Shown: positions 22,954 to 36,118, numbered from the stretch's first letter. The stretch is DNA of 64,000 bases from Macrostomum lignano (GCA_002269645.1 NIVC01000946.1:248001-312000); one strand, 5' to 3'. Program-made: numbers and translations. Notes: a model not told the origin generated them from the sequence alone.

Positions 22954-23817
22954 TATGTGGTGAGCTAAAAACGCAACTGCTCCAGTCTGTGATGGCACCT
23001 GGCATGCTCCGATAGCAAGCTGAACGTACTACTGACCAACTTCAAAAGTAGCAAGTCGGCTCAACCGTTGTCAAGCGAGTATTTCTGTACAAATCTTGGT
23101 AAAAAAACTAGATATTGTCAGACGTGGACTCTATTAAATTAGTTGAAATCAAATGTACAACAGAGTTGAATGCGGTTTCACACTGACAGTGCAAAACGTT
23201 AATTTTGAAATAACACCCACTCCTTCAATCCCAGTGTATATTTTAGTTGCAGCAAACTTCCAGTAATCCATTGACAAGTTATGACTAAAATATATTAGCC
23301 GAACTGCTTACTTAAACAGTAGTTTGTCAGGACAAAGCAGTTATTTTCTGAGCAATCACAAATTACAAAATATTAACAAAACATGCACAACAAATTACAA
23401 AATACGTGTTAAGAAAAACAAAAGACAAGCAAAGAAGCACTGGTCTTTTATTCTCTAAGACAATATGTCTTAGGCAATATGTATTTTACAAAATTGTCCT
23501 GAATGAAATAGCCATAATAACAAACCTATAGCCTATAAACAATTACGCTACTTTACATCAAGGATGAGTAATCATTCGTACAAACAATAGCATATTAAAA
23601 TTCAATTTAATATAAAACAATATTAAGCAAAAAGGAAGGCTTCGGAACTGAGAGATAAATCAGAGAGGAAATATTAACACTAGAATTTTACGTTAACTAA
23701 TAATAGTAATAATAATAATGAGACAAGAGAAAGAGCGAGAGACAGTCGGGTCTGGACAGAACGAATGTCTAAAACTTATTTTTAATGGCTGACAGTCTTG
23801 TCAGACTTGGCGCTCGC

Positions 23818-26800
23818 CTAAGCCTGCGCCTGCGCTACCTGCTTGTCAGCTTTGGACTGCACCGGCAGGTACAGCTTGAACTCTGCGGGCAGCTCGTCTT
23901 CGGTGTACAGCCGGTCGGAGAAGTACACCCGGCGGATGCGGCAGTTGGCATGGATCTGCGGGAGTTGAATCATTGCTAATCCAATTATTTGTTCTTTGAT
24001 GTTTACCGCTCTCACACACTTCTGATCTATCTGTGATCTTTGATGTTTACCGCTCTCACACACTTCTGATCTATCTGTGGTCTTTGATGTTTACCGCTCC
24101 CGCACACTTTTTATCTATATGTGGTCTTTGATGTTTACCGCTCCCGCACACTTCTTATCTATCTGTGGTCTTTGATGTTTACCGCTCTCACAACATACTT
24201 CTTATCTATCTGTGGTCTTTGATCTTCACCGCTCCCGCACACTCCTTATCTATCTGTGGTCTTTGATGTTCACCGCACCCGCACACTCCTTATCTATCTG
24301 TGGCCTTTGATGTTCACCGCTCCCGCACACTTCTTATCTACGAGTATCTGTGATCTTTGATGTTCACCGCTCCCGCACACTCCTTATCTATCAGTGGTCG
24401 TTGATGTTCACCGCTCCCGCACACTCCTTATCTATCTGTAGTCTTTGATGTTCACCGCTCCCGCACACTCCTTATCTATCTGTGGTCTTTGATGTTCACC
24501 GCTCCCGCACACTTCTGATCTATCTGTGGTCTTTGATGTTCACCGCTCCCGCACACTTCTGATCTATCTGTGGTCTTTGATGTTTACCGCTCCCGCACAC
24601 TTCTGATCTATCTGCCTGGTCTTTGATGTTCACCGCTCTCACACCTCTTATCTATCTGCCGTATCTGCTCTTTTTTAATTTGACTTGCCAATCCTAACAA
24701 AAATTGCCTTATCCTCCTGATTGCACCAACCTGAACGCGCAGAGTCTCAATGTAGTTAGTGCCATAGGCTCGCCTAGTGAAGTCGGACAAGTTGAACTGG
24801 ATCTGGTTCCAGCCCTCGTCCAGGCGCATCGGCATGGTGCAGATAAACGGTTTCACCCGGGTGGTGCTCTGATAGTTGGAGGCGCGGAATCTGCGCCGAA
24901 CATGCTTGTCGTCCAAAATCTAAAGATTTTGAAGTTTTGTTTAAATTTTTAAATTTCTTGGAAAACTAATATATTGGAGTTGCTAGAAAAAATTAACAAT
25001 GAATTTATTTTTACCTGAATTTCAAAAGTAAAGTACTTTTTCAAGTTTTTGATGATCATGACCAAGAAAGGCAATTTGATGCCAAGGTCCTTATCTTTAT
25101 CTTTTGGACAGGTGATAAAAGTTGTACTGACATTGGTGCCAACAATTTCTAGGACAAGTGATTGGATGTCATTGTCAGTGATGCGTTTTATGTGACCATT
25201 GCGTACCTACAATTAAGAAAGTATTTTATTATTGTTTCTATGTAAATTAACAGTAAATTTTTGGGTACAGGGCTGATAGAATGTTTAAATAAGCATAAAA
25301 ATAAAACAAGAAAATAATGAAATAACTTTTGATATATAAAGTATAATATTAAATTGCTTAGGATGAATTATACTTAAGGCTGGCTATTGTTTAAAGATAC
25401 AACAAAAATTAATAATAATAGAACTTCTGTTAAGATAAAATAAGCTTAATATTTCAAATAAGTTTTTATTAGACCTACTCAAGTATTTATACACACTAAC
25501 AATGGCAAATTTAATCAACAATCTATAATACATGATTAGATAAATCCAAAAATACATTTTAAAATACATTTCGAAAAATAAAACAGCTAAACTTATATTA
25601 TTTTAAATAAAGCAATAAGTATTTTGCTTGGGGGGCATCACAAACCCAAAAAAGCACAACTCCAAAAGTGTTTTTTATCATAAACCCAAAATATTATAAA
25701 CTTGAAATTAATAGCAAAGCCTATCATAAACACAGAAAATCATAAACCCAAAATTTCATAACTCCAAAAACAAAAAACCATTGCCTATCATAAACCCAAA
25801 ATAAATCAAACCTAAAATTTTAAATATCATAACTCAGAAAGTTCTAGCAAAAGCTATCCAATAATATTTTTTTTGGAGTTATGATATGATATAGCCTAAA
25901 TTTTTGTTCTCTAATATTAGAAGTATTAGACTTATTAAAAATTAATTCCTACTACACCATTTTACCCTCAATTTTGAACAAGGAGAACTTCAAAACTGAC
26001 AAACTCCTCTTCAATATTGACACTCTATGGTCGGGCACTCAAAATCTACAATCAATATTGACAGATCAAGCTTCAATTTTGACAAACTCTGGTTAAATTT
26101 TGACAATGCATGTTTAGTCAATTTCTCCTGGGAGAATTCAGTAACAAATTAATCCAATGAAAGCCTGAATGGGGCTGAAGTGAGCTGTGCAAAATCAGCT
26201 TGCTTTTTGGATCTACAAGTATTGATAAAATTTATTTTTCTCCATCCTTTAGACATACAGACTAAAATAGCCTGACTGGTTGGGCTGCAAAGTCCGATTC
26301 TATTTTGACAGAGTTGCTTCAAAACTGACACTCTATGGTTTGTGTACCCAAAAAGTCCGCTTCATTTTTGACAACTCCGAATCAATATTGAACAGTTTAC
26401 AATCAATTTTGGCTAAGACATTTTTAAAAATAGATTTTGACCATTTTTACTAAGATTTCTCTCTTGAGGGGGGTACTTGCTATTTGGGAGAGGGGGTACT
26501 GGCTGCATGTATCTATGAGTACATGTATGGGAATCTTTCTATCCAGGGATGCTTTGCTATCTGGGGGATGCTTGGTATCTACAGGATGCTTGCTATCTGG
26601 GTGGATGCTTGCTATCTGCAGGATACTTGCTATCTGGGTGGATGCTTGCTATCTGGGTATATGCTGGCTATCTGGGTGGATGCTTGCTATCTGGGTGGAT
26701 GCTTGCTATCTGGGTGGATGCTTGCTATCTGGGTGTATGCTGGCTATCTGGGTGTATGGTGGCTATCTGGGTGTATGCTTGCTGTCTTGGGATGTTAAAT

Positions 26801-29800
26801 GACCGGCCTTTTGCTAGAGTCCCTTGAGAGAGCATCCCTAGATAGAAAGATTCCCATACATATACTCGTAGATACATGCAGCCAGTACCCCCTCTCCCAA
26901 ATAGCAAGTAACCCCCTCAAGAGAGAAATCTTAGTAAAAATGGTCAAAATCTATTTTTAAAAATGTCAGCCAAAATTGATTGTAAACTGTTCAATATTGA
27001 TTCGGAGTTGTCAAAAATGAAGCGGACTTTTTGGGTACACAAACCATAGAGTGTCAGTTTTGAAGCAACTCTGTCAAAATAGAATCGGACTTTGCAGCCC
27101 AACCAGTTAGGCTATTTTAGTCTGTGTGTCTAAAGGATGGAGAAAAATAAATTTTATCAATACTTGTAGATCCAAAAAGCAAGCTGATTTTGCATAGCTC
27201 ACTTCAGCCCTGTTCAGGCTTTCATTGGATTAATTTGTTACTGAATTCTCCCAGGAGAAGTTGACTAAACGTGCATTGTCAAAATTTAACCAGAGTTTGT
27301 CAAAATTGAAGCTTGATCTGTCAATATTGATTGTAGATTTTGAGTGCCCGACCATAGAGTGTCAATATTGAAGAGGAGTTTGTCAGTTTTGAAGTTCTCC
27401 TTTTTCAAAATCAAGGGTAAAATAGTGTACCTAAGTCTGGTATTCAAAAAAGAACAATAAAAAATGCCACTTTACAAAAGTTACTTTTGTATTAAAAGAG
27501 CTGGAAATACTAGAACTTTGCCCAAAAATATATTTAGTGTACAAAAGATTATAAAAGATATTGGTCTATCTTTTGTTAAGTATACATCTATAAATTTATG
27601 ATTTATTAATTTATACATTTTAATATAATGTAAACCTTTTTACTTTGTATCTTTAATAATCTAAAAGATTTAGTTAGGACTAGCAATAGCATACTAATGC
27701 ATTTTGCCAAGCATATCTAATGTTGGCAATTGTCAAGTTCCATTTGTTAAATTATTTTGACTCCAGAAAAGTAATCTACAAACTATTTTAAGAACAAAAA
27801 ACTATTTCTAAGAGACCCAAGCCTGATTAAGCAATAATTATACGCTTCTAAACTTGTTGTAATGGGACTAATGCTGGTAAGCTGCAAATAGTCTATGGCC
27901 AAAATGTTTAAACATTTTGGAACTTGGAAAATGTCTATGGACTAGTCCAAATGTCTATGGTCTTTAACAAGTTAACAAATAACAAATAAATAGAAAAAAG
28001 TCTTAAATTTATCAGCTACAGCAAAGTTAACTCTTCAATGTCATGGCTAGATGCCTTCCTGCATCATTTTTCATTATTTTTCCTGAACAAGTACAGCCAG
28101 CATTGGCTTCGTGTGATATGGAAATAACCATCATACATGCGCAACAGTCGGCCGAGTCGGCCGATCCGGCTGACCGATTTGGCAGCCAACCAAGGAAGTC
28201 GCAAAAACACCCACCCAAAAAACACCCAAGTAGTAGTACTAAGTAGCTGACGAGGCATTATTGCTTCGTCAGCTACAGTCATAGTTACTCCTGCTGTTTA
28301 CCCAAAGTTGCGTTAATTTTGCTTTAGGGTTTTTTACATGTAAGTTGCATTTTTGTTAAAACTAAGTCACACGGCCAACCAAATTTTGGAGGTTGCGCAT
28401 GTATGATAACCATGCAAGACATTGCTATGATGACAGCTATAACACGTGACCTAATTAACTAGCTAGCAACCTGCCAACTTATTGCCAACCAGTGTGCCTA
28501 TAACTGCCCTGGTATACCTCTTTGACTGCAATATCGTCAAGGTGATTAGTTCATTGATGGGTATACTTGGGCCTATCCTGGTTGCGATGCCCAAGTCTTA
28601 ATCCAGAAGATTCTTTTTTGAAGGGAGCCACTTAGAGCTGCACCAACTTATTGATATAATCTACTAGTGGTCAGTGGATGCTAGGCAGCAAGAATGTATG
28701 CACTAGTGTGACATTAGCTATTAGTCAATAATTGACTGGCAGAACTTCATCTATAAAATTTGTGCCTAGTACCTACTGGACCATCCAATGTAGCTTGGTA
28801 GTGTTAGGTGAGAAGTGGAAATTGATGAGTCATATTTCTTCTATTGCAAGTACTACCAAGGTGCCTATCAGCATGGTCAGTAGGTATTAAGCATAGTTGA
28901 ATGTGGAACATGCAAGTGCATTCTAGTTGCTGTGCCTAACTATATTACCATAACAATGCTACCAATTATTCAACAGCATGTGCTCCCAGGGATGTGCATA
29001 ATTACTGATGGCTGGCAAGCCTTTGGCCAACTGCAAAATCATACAGTTGTTAATCATCAATTGGCCTTTGTATATCTGCAGGACCCAACCATCTATACAA
29101 ATCTGGTCAAAGGCACATGGATAGATTGCAAGGCTAAGCTATGCACAATGCATGGGACCTCACAAGCCCTATTTGAAACATACTTAGAGAAATGTATGTG
29201 GCATCATCTACACCTAGTAAAACTATTTGGGAATATCCTTTATTGGATTTTCTATTATTATAGTGTGTAAAGCTTTTACTGTTTATTGACAATCTGACCA
29301 TTGACAATAATAAGACTTGTTATTTGTTTCTATTAAGAATTGTTGATTTGTTAACATTTTGGCCATAGACTATTTGTAGCTTTCCAGCGTCAGTCCCATT
29401 ACAACAAGTTTAAAAGCATAGAATTAGTGTTTAATCAGGCGTAGGTCTCTTAAAAATTTTTTTTTTACTTAAAATAGTTTGTAGATTACTTTTCTGGAAT
29501 CAAAATAATTTAATGAACAAAACTTGACAATTACCCTAATGTTTATGTATTTAAAAAAAACTATAGGATAGGATAGGCCTAGTAGCAATCCTATACTTTT
29601 GTTCAATAAGTTATTTTGATATCAAATTTGTATATAAGCAAAGTTTGTATGTTAGAATTTGATTAACCTTTGATATAGCATTTGATATATAATTGATTAT
29701 CATTTATGGTGTAGGACCAAGACTGCCACACTTAGGAGCTTGGAGAGGAATTTGGCTCAATGTGTTATTAAATGGTACAAGAGAGAAGATAAGCAGGTAG

Positions 29801-32198
29801 GAGAGCCAGCAGGACAAGCCTGCAAGAGAAGAACCTATGACTAGGCCTATGAGAGGAATAGCAATGATAAAAGATTGGTAGTTCCCCCTTTAATACCAAT
29901 AGCCAATAATAGCTGTGGTGGTCTTGGTGTGTGGCAGTCTTAGTCATGCACCTCATTTATTAGCTAGTAGTTGTTTCATTGGGAATTCTTAGAATTAGCT
30001 AGGCCTACTGAGCAAAAATTTGATGTCAAAATAATTTAATATAGGATGACGCATGACTAAGACTGCCACACACCAAGACTGCCATAGCTATTACTGACTA
30101 CTAGTATTAAAGGGGAGCTACCAATCTTTTATCATTGCTATTCCTCTTATAGGCCTAGTCATAGGTTCTTTCTTGTAGGCTTGTCCTGCTAGCTTTCCTA
30201 CCTACTCATCTTCTTTCTAGGGTTTCCAGTTTATTTGTCTGCCAACAATTTGTCTGCTGAGTAGACAAAATGCCCTTTTCTTCTAAAACTGTTCGTCTGG
30301 GGAAATGGGGTGGGGATAAGGAGTAGGGGTGGGGAGCTAGGGAGCTGAGGGACTGGAGGAGCTGCCTCTGTCTGTTAACATTGTTATAAAGCACTGCATA
30401 TAGCCTAGTCTTTCATTATTTTAACAAACTATTTACAATCACCTCAAATAAGAAAGCTTAACTTAAAACAATAGGAAACTGCTAAAAATTTGATAAAGAT
30501 AAAATATCGGCAAATAGTTATTCAAAATTATTCAAATTGACAAAATTTCCAGTAGGCACTATAATGCACAGATGACATATTTTGAAGATATTCATTTTGA
30601 AGAGACCAACCATCCCTACAGCAGTTTAACAATAACAATGTTAAGCCCTAATGAATGAAGAAGTTGCGGGTTGGGCAGCTCCCCACCCCACTCCATATCC
30701 CCTGGCCCCACCCCCCAATTTCCCGGCAGACAAACAGTTTTAGAAAGAGAAAACTTTTTGTCTGCTCAGCAGATGAACTATCAGTAGATGAAATGACTGG
30801 CACCCCTTTCTAGCACCATTCAATAACACATTGGGCCAAATTCCTCTCCTGGCTCATTCCATATAAGCATGGTCGTAACATGACAGGTTATTTTTACTTA
30901 TAAAATGAAATCTAATAATAGAATATACTAAACCAATATTTTAAATGAAAGATTATTTTGTCTAGAATATATTTATAGAGTTTCATATAGATATCATCAT
31001 TAGTATAGACGCTATTAAACCTTAAATGACACTTATGGTCGTAACGACAGGATTTTTGACATATAGAAACTAAAAGGTAAAAGTCTTATAACATTTTTCA
31101 TTTTTGATATTTTGCAAAACATTTTTAAAATTTGACTACAAGAACATCTTTAGAAATCATACTCTTTTATTAGAATATATAAACTCAAAAGGCAACAAAG
31201 ATACAAAAGAAAAGGCAGCCTTATGGTCGTAACATTATGGTCGTAACATATTTTTTTCTGTCAATTCAGTAACTTTGAGGTACTAATACATTAAAAATAT
31301 AATAGATTATTTGGTCACCAATGCTTTTATCTGATGATGCAAGTACTATACTTTTATCTATAGTTTGTTTCAACCTTCAAAAGCTTTCTATTTGTTTTTA
31401 AAAGGTACAAAATCTTAATGATGTCTTTTGCTTCGAAAAATGTCCAAATTTTTACAAAAATGACTTTTTGCCAATTGATAACATACTAATCCAACATTTT
31501 ACCATTCCTTTATTCTTAGATTGTATATATTGCACAATATAAACATTTGGTAAAAAAATAGGCTAATTAGGCAATGGCAAGCAAAAATATTGACTTTTTT
31601 CTATTTTCCAAATATGTCCATCTTATATGGAATGAGCCTCCTAGCTCCTAAGTGTGGCAGTCTTGGTCCTACACCTATGGCTATAGGATTGCTGCTGGCC
31701 TAGCTTCTAGTGTAGCAATTAGAATTAGTATCAATTTAAAATATGATATAATAATACTTAATAGGCCTATCTAGAATATTCTAATTTAGATAGGGGCCTA
31801 GATAGCTAAGAGATTATTGAATGAACTTTAATAAATCTACCTAATACCATTTTACTAAGTCCAAAGCAATGCTTTATCTGTTCCTTGCAAATAGATACAT
31901 TAGAATGTAAGAATGTACTTAACATACTAAACAGTAAACTAGGCAGTCTAAACAATAGAATATAGGTAATGTATGCAGTTGTGTAAGTAAGAAAACAGAA
32001 CGCTTAGGCCTAGTTTGAATTAATTTCTAAATTATAATCGACTGTACCTGTACGTGTTGAAACTATGTTTCATCGAGAAAAAATATGACAAACTGCAAGG
32101 AGAATGCAAATTACCGTTTGGCTCCAAATCATCAACGGCTTGCTGCCGATGCTGTACAATATTGAAAGGAATCCACTTTGAAATGTATTCTTAAACAT
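23818..32198 (-). CDS. CFAP20: Cilia- and flagella-associated protein 20 (BUG22/C16orf80), 4 exons: 32198-32115, 25206-25015, 24919-24731, 23955-23818; 200 aa
   Basis: [22 protein letters not shown] / [21 protein letters not shown]...[24 protein letters not shown] / [63 protein letters not shown] / [31 protein letters not shown]. All three introns are GT-AG and phase 0. Confidence 0.98.
23990..24662. repeat. 44-bp minisatellite filling CFAP20 intron 3, ~15 copies
   Basis: GTGGTCTTTGATGTTCACCGCTCCCGCACACTT... at 24482, 24526, etc. Confidence 0.93.
25955..27427. mobile_element. Non-autonomous foldback element: ~600-bp inverted arms, CAC...GTG termini, TA flanks (CMC/EnSpm-like), 19-bp tandem-repeat spacer
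   Basis: Left arm CACCATTTTACCCTCAATTTTGAA...CAGGGATGCT (25955-~26553) is the reverse complement of right arm AGCATCCCTAG...TCAAGGGTAAAATAGTG (26831-27427). TA lies on both sides. Spacer units are GATGCTTGCTATCTGGGTG. The superfamily call rests on the termini only. Confidence 0.85.
27725..29535 (+). mobile_element. Merlin (IS1595/ISXO2-like) DNA transposon relic, ~190-bp TIRs, 8-bp TSD
   Basis: TSD CTAATGTT at 27717-27724 and 29536-29543; termini GGCAATTGTCAAG / CTTGACAATTACC. Decayed transposase: 'VEIDESYF' (~28815) and '[22 protein letters not shown]...VNHQLAFV...TNLVKGTW' (28932-29270). Confidence 0.9.
29708..31675. mobile_element. Composite inverted-repeat element (GGTGTAGG...CCTACACC, possible TAT TSD) with two internal hairpin modules
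   Basis: GGTGTAGGACCAAGACTGCCACACTTAGGAGC (29708) is the reverse complement of GCTCCTAAGTGTGGCAGTCTTGGTCCTACACC (ends 31675). Internal inverted pairs lie at ~29790-29950/~30050-30215 and ~30225-30345/~30675-30800. Confidence 0.7.
30851..31638. mobile_element. MITE nested in the right arm of the previous element, 4-bp TSD TCCT
   Basis: TIR GGCTCATTCCATATAAG / CTTATATGGAATGAGCC. TCCT at 30847-30850 and 31639-31642. Removing the insert restores the host arm. Confidence 0.8.
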
Positions 32199-34299
32199 GG
32201 CTGAAGGATCACACAGCTCACTTTAAAACACTTAATTTGGAGGCCTAGCGCCAGCCAGTTGGCCACCCACAAGAAGGGGAATGATAAAAACGGAAAAAAA
32301 GTTTTTAATATTTTGAAACGGCGCAAATGTAGTCAATGGTTTCTGCCAAAAAGTGCAGCAAGAATACTCGTTGCCCCCCAAAAGTAGATCTAAACCAGAA
32401 TAATGAATTTTTAAATGTGCAGAAATTATTTATAACTTTTTAGCACCTGAAACAACTATCTAGTAGTTTTGTGCGATTTCAAAATCGCTTTTATAACTTA
32501 ATGTCTTTTATGTTGTTTAGCTAACGCAAATATTTGATGCTTTAGAACCGGAAAGAATATAGGAATTCGCACTGCTTTCTCTCCAGCTGATGCACAAACT
32601 TTTTGCTGGTGAACCGGAATTAATGGATGCTGATCGTATGTAATAAAATTAAGATATATATAAACATATATTGATACATAACCGTTTGGATTATGCATAG
32701 GGGTAGATGTATACATGATCGACGTATAACACTCTAGCTACTAAAAGACTTTTCTATATATTTAACGCTATTAACAGCACAAAAATTTGCAAAAAAGACT
32801 CAAGGACGAGACTTGAGTCGTCCTTGACAAGAAATTGACAACAGCAATTAATCGTGAATCGGAGGGGCCAGCCAGAAAAAGGAAGCCAGAGGATCGATGG
32901 GCCAGCGTGAATCAGCTAGGAAACAGTCATATTAACCAATTAATTTTGTTGTGCTCACACTTGATCATAAAGCATATGCAGTATTTGTATTTGGATTGTA
33001 CTTATTCGATTCTTTTGTACGACCACGTGATACTCTTAATTAAGCCTTTTCTGTGTGTGTTGTTATGACACTGAATTTTACATGTACTTATGTTGGCCGT
33101 CACAGTCCACTTGTTTTACCAATTAATTAACATACATGTACATGTACGTAAAGCTAGCTGTGTAGCTGTGCACAACGCAATGGACAGATACATGTACATG
33201 TAGTCTCGCTGGTTTTTTATTAATGTTTTGCATCAATGTAAGTCAGAATCAACGAATACAAAGAGAATATCCAAGCTGTGGCGAGCTCTATTTTTGCACA
33301 TTACACAAATTAATGTACATGTACATGTTCTCGTTTTACATGTATATCAAGGCTCTGTAGGAACCTTTCTACTAATGCACGAAGGTCTCTGCGATTTAGA
33401 AGGAAGGCTCCAAGGGAAGGGAATCCAAGGGAATCTAAAGTGCTCACCGTATTATGATGTATACCAGCTCAGTAAAGGGAATAACAAGATTTTAATTGTC
33501 CAATCCGACCAAGTTTATACGAGTGTAGTCAACTCATTGGTCCATCTTTTTGGATAACCTAATTCGTACATGACTTGTAGTAAAGGTAGCCAATGAAAAA
33601 TTTGTATGGTGAGATGCAACTGCACATGTACATTGTATAAAAGCCATGGAGACATGTGAATTATGCAAGGCTAGTACTGCACGCCTAGGCGTCAGTAGCA
33701 CAAATTCCAACATTGGCCAGTCTAGTGTGAAGGACCATATTAACCCAATCCCAATTTCCAAACAGCTGCAAAATCGCAGTGAAAAGGAGGCGAGAGCTGT
33801 ATAGCTTGGAACCGACTGCATGCATGTTTTTAACGCACGCAATCTAAATTCACTTTCGGCTGCAGCTTACACTGTATACGCAGTGTTAAGTGTATTATTA
33901 ACGCGTTTTAGCGACCGGTTTTGTAGCTTTTGAATTGGACTGTGCTGCTGCATAAGCAGTGTTTAAATGGGAATCAGCAGCGACTTCAATCCTGGGTGAT
34001 GGCTATCTCTCAGCGTTTTCCCTCTCGCGGTTACATAAGCAGCAGCAAACAGGAAGTAGCCTTGGTTAAAAACTCTCTTCCCAATTTGTTATTCACTCTC
34101 TCTCTCTCTCTTTCAGGGACTCCTGGAAACAAGCCTGGACTAGCGTTTTTCCTATTGCAATGAAGAGATGGTCTTCTTTTTAATGTCGAAATTTGACATC
34201 GCCGAACTTACCCATCATCATTCAGGTATTAATGAACCCTCTGTAGAGGCTTCAACATGAGCCTTTGGTAACCATAAATGTAAATAAAAAACAACCTGC

Positions 34300-34685
34300 A
34301 TTGAGATCCAGTTATCCTGGTATTAATCCCTATTTAGAGATCCGATCATCCAGGTGTTAATCCCTAATTAGAGATCCCATTATCCTGGTATTAATACCTA
34401 ATTAGTGATCCCACTATCCGGCTATTAATTCCTAATTAGAGATCCCACTATCCGGGTATAAATCTCTAATTAGAGATCCCACCATCCGGGTATAAATCTC
34501 TAATTAGAGATCCCACTACCTGGCGGTTAGTCCCTAATTAGAGATCCCACTACCTGGCGGTTAATCCCTAATTAGAGATCCCACCATCCGGGTATAAATC
34601 TCTAATTAGAGATCCCACTACCCGGGTATTAATTCCTAATTAGAGATCCCACTATCCGGGTATAAATCTCCAATTAGAGATCCAC
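34300..34685. repeat. 34-bp minisatellite (CTAATTAGAGATCCCACTATCCGGGTATAAATCT), ~10 copies
   Basis: GATCCC at 34441, 34475... Confidence 0.9.
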
Positions 34686-35656
34686 AAAGACATTATAAAG
34701 CGACTTAAACCATAGTATCCTTAATCAGTTCAAATTAGTATTAGTAAATTAGTATTAGTATTGTGGACTAAGAACTACAAAGTTCTGCCAGACTATATCT
34801 GAGTTGCTGGAGTCTTGACAGCGAAGAGCATGATTTTGAATTTGTGTCTGTCGAAAACGACAGTTATATAAGGATAAGGATTGTCTTAGACGTCCCTGGC
34901 CTCTTCCCATGCAGTTGCAGAGTCACAGTCAGCCTGGCCCAACCAGTCCAGCCAATGTCCTTATCTAAGAAGTCAATCGATACCTCATCAACAGCTACCA
35001 AATTTGTTCGCTGTAATCCGAGAATACACGCGGCTGTTTGGCTGAGTTTTGAGTTTTCCAGATTGTCGGCAGGGAATCTCAAGAAAAATAAGCCTCAAGT
35101 TTGCTGGTCCGTCTCTGGTCCCTTCCATTTTGCTGCTGATGCAGTCAGTCTGCTTTCGTTTGCGTCAAACTTCTGAGAGATAAGAATCTGATGGGTTGAT
35201 CGCGGAACTGACAGTTCCTAGTAAATTAGACTCCGTCAGCCAAGGACATCTAAATCCAGGGTCTGGATTGGCTTTCTTGAAGTTTCTGTAATGTTCACAA
35301 GCCTATTCACCAGGTGGAACGTTGGTTTTCACCAGTCTATATCGACTTTGGCTTTGGAAAAATACAAGCTGGAGACATGGAAGCCCTTGCGTTGTTTTTT
35401 TCTCTAAGCGGATTTTTCTCTCGTCCGATACATAAAAAATACTTTTTTATGACCCCGAGGACAGATACTTGATGACATGTTTAGTAGGCAAGTTCATGAT
35501 CAGCTATGAAAAGCATTTAAGACACGGAAGCAGCAAAAACTCATTATTGGCTACAAATTTTGTGTTGAAAATCTCGTGTATTCTATCTGTTCAAATGTAT
35601 TATGGGCTAAGAAAATCAGCATTAAAAAACGCGAAGATAATTAAATTCGTCCTTGC

Positions 35657-36118
35657 ATGACCCTCCTAGGCTACGCCACTGCTCAAGGATGACCTCCCTA
35701 GGCTACGAAACTGCTCAAGGATGACCTCCCTAGGCCACACCACTGCTCAAGGATGACCTCCCTAGGCCACACCACTGCTCAAGGATGACCTCCCTAGGCT
35801 ACGCCACTGCTCAAGGATGACCCCCTAGGCTACGCCACTGCTCAAGGATGACCTCCCTAGGCTACGCCACTGCTCATAGATTACCCTCCTGGGCTACGCC
35901 ACTGCTCAAGGATGACCTCCCTAGGCTACGCCACTGCTCAAGGATGACCTCCCTAGGCTACGCAACTGCTCAAGGATGACCCATTTAAACTACGTCACTG
36001 CTCAAGGATGACCCATTTAAACTAAGCCACTGCTCAAGGATGACCCATTTAAACTAAGCCACTGCTCAAGAATGACCCCCTAGACTACGCCACTGCTCAA
36101 GGATGACCCATTTAAACT
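35657..36118. repeat. 32-bp minisatellite (CTAGGCTACGCCACTGCTCAAGGATGACCTCC), ~14 copies
   Basis: CTAGG at 35666, 35698... Confidence 0.93.

Noticed and set aside
17771-24662. Regularly spaced repeats as possible CRISPR arrays
   Set aside because: The units are head-to-tail with no unique spacers, no cas genes are present, and the context is eukaryotic and intron-rich.
1-32198. PKD1L and CFAP20 as a cilia gene cluster; several pseudoenzymes as one functional system
   Set aside because: The genes are separated by unrelated genes and repeats. Eukaryotic adjacency alone is not evidence of a shared pathway.
32200-32800. RFX X-box expected upstream of ciliary gene CFAP20
   Set aside because: No convincing GTTNCC-AT-GGNAAC match was seen by eye.
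33534-33842. 'EIGIGLIWSF' reminiscent of the KDZ/Zisupton 'GEGxERLWS' motif
   Set aside because: Only a weak few-residue resemblance, with no supporting catalytic or CxC motifs.
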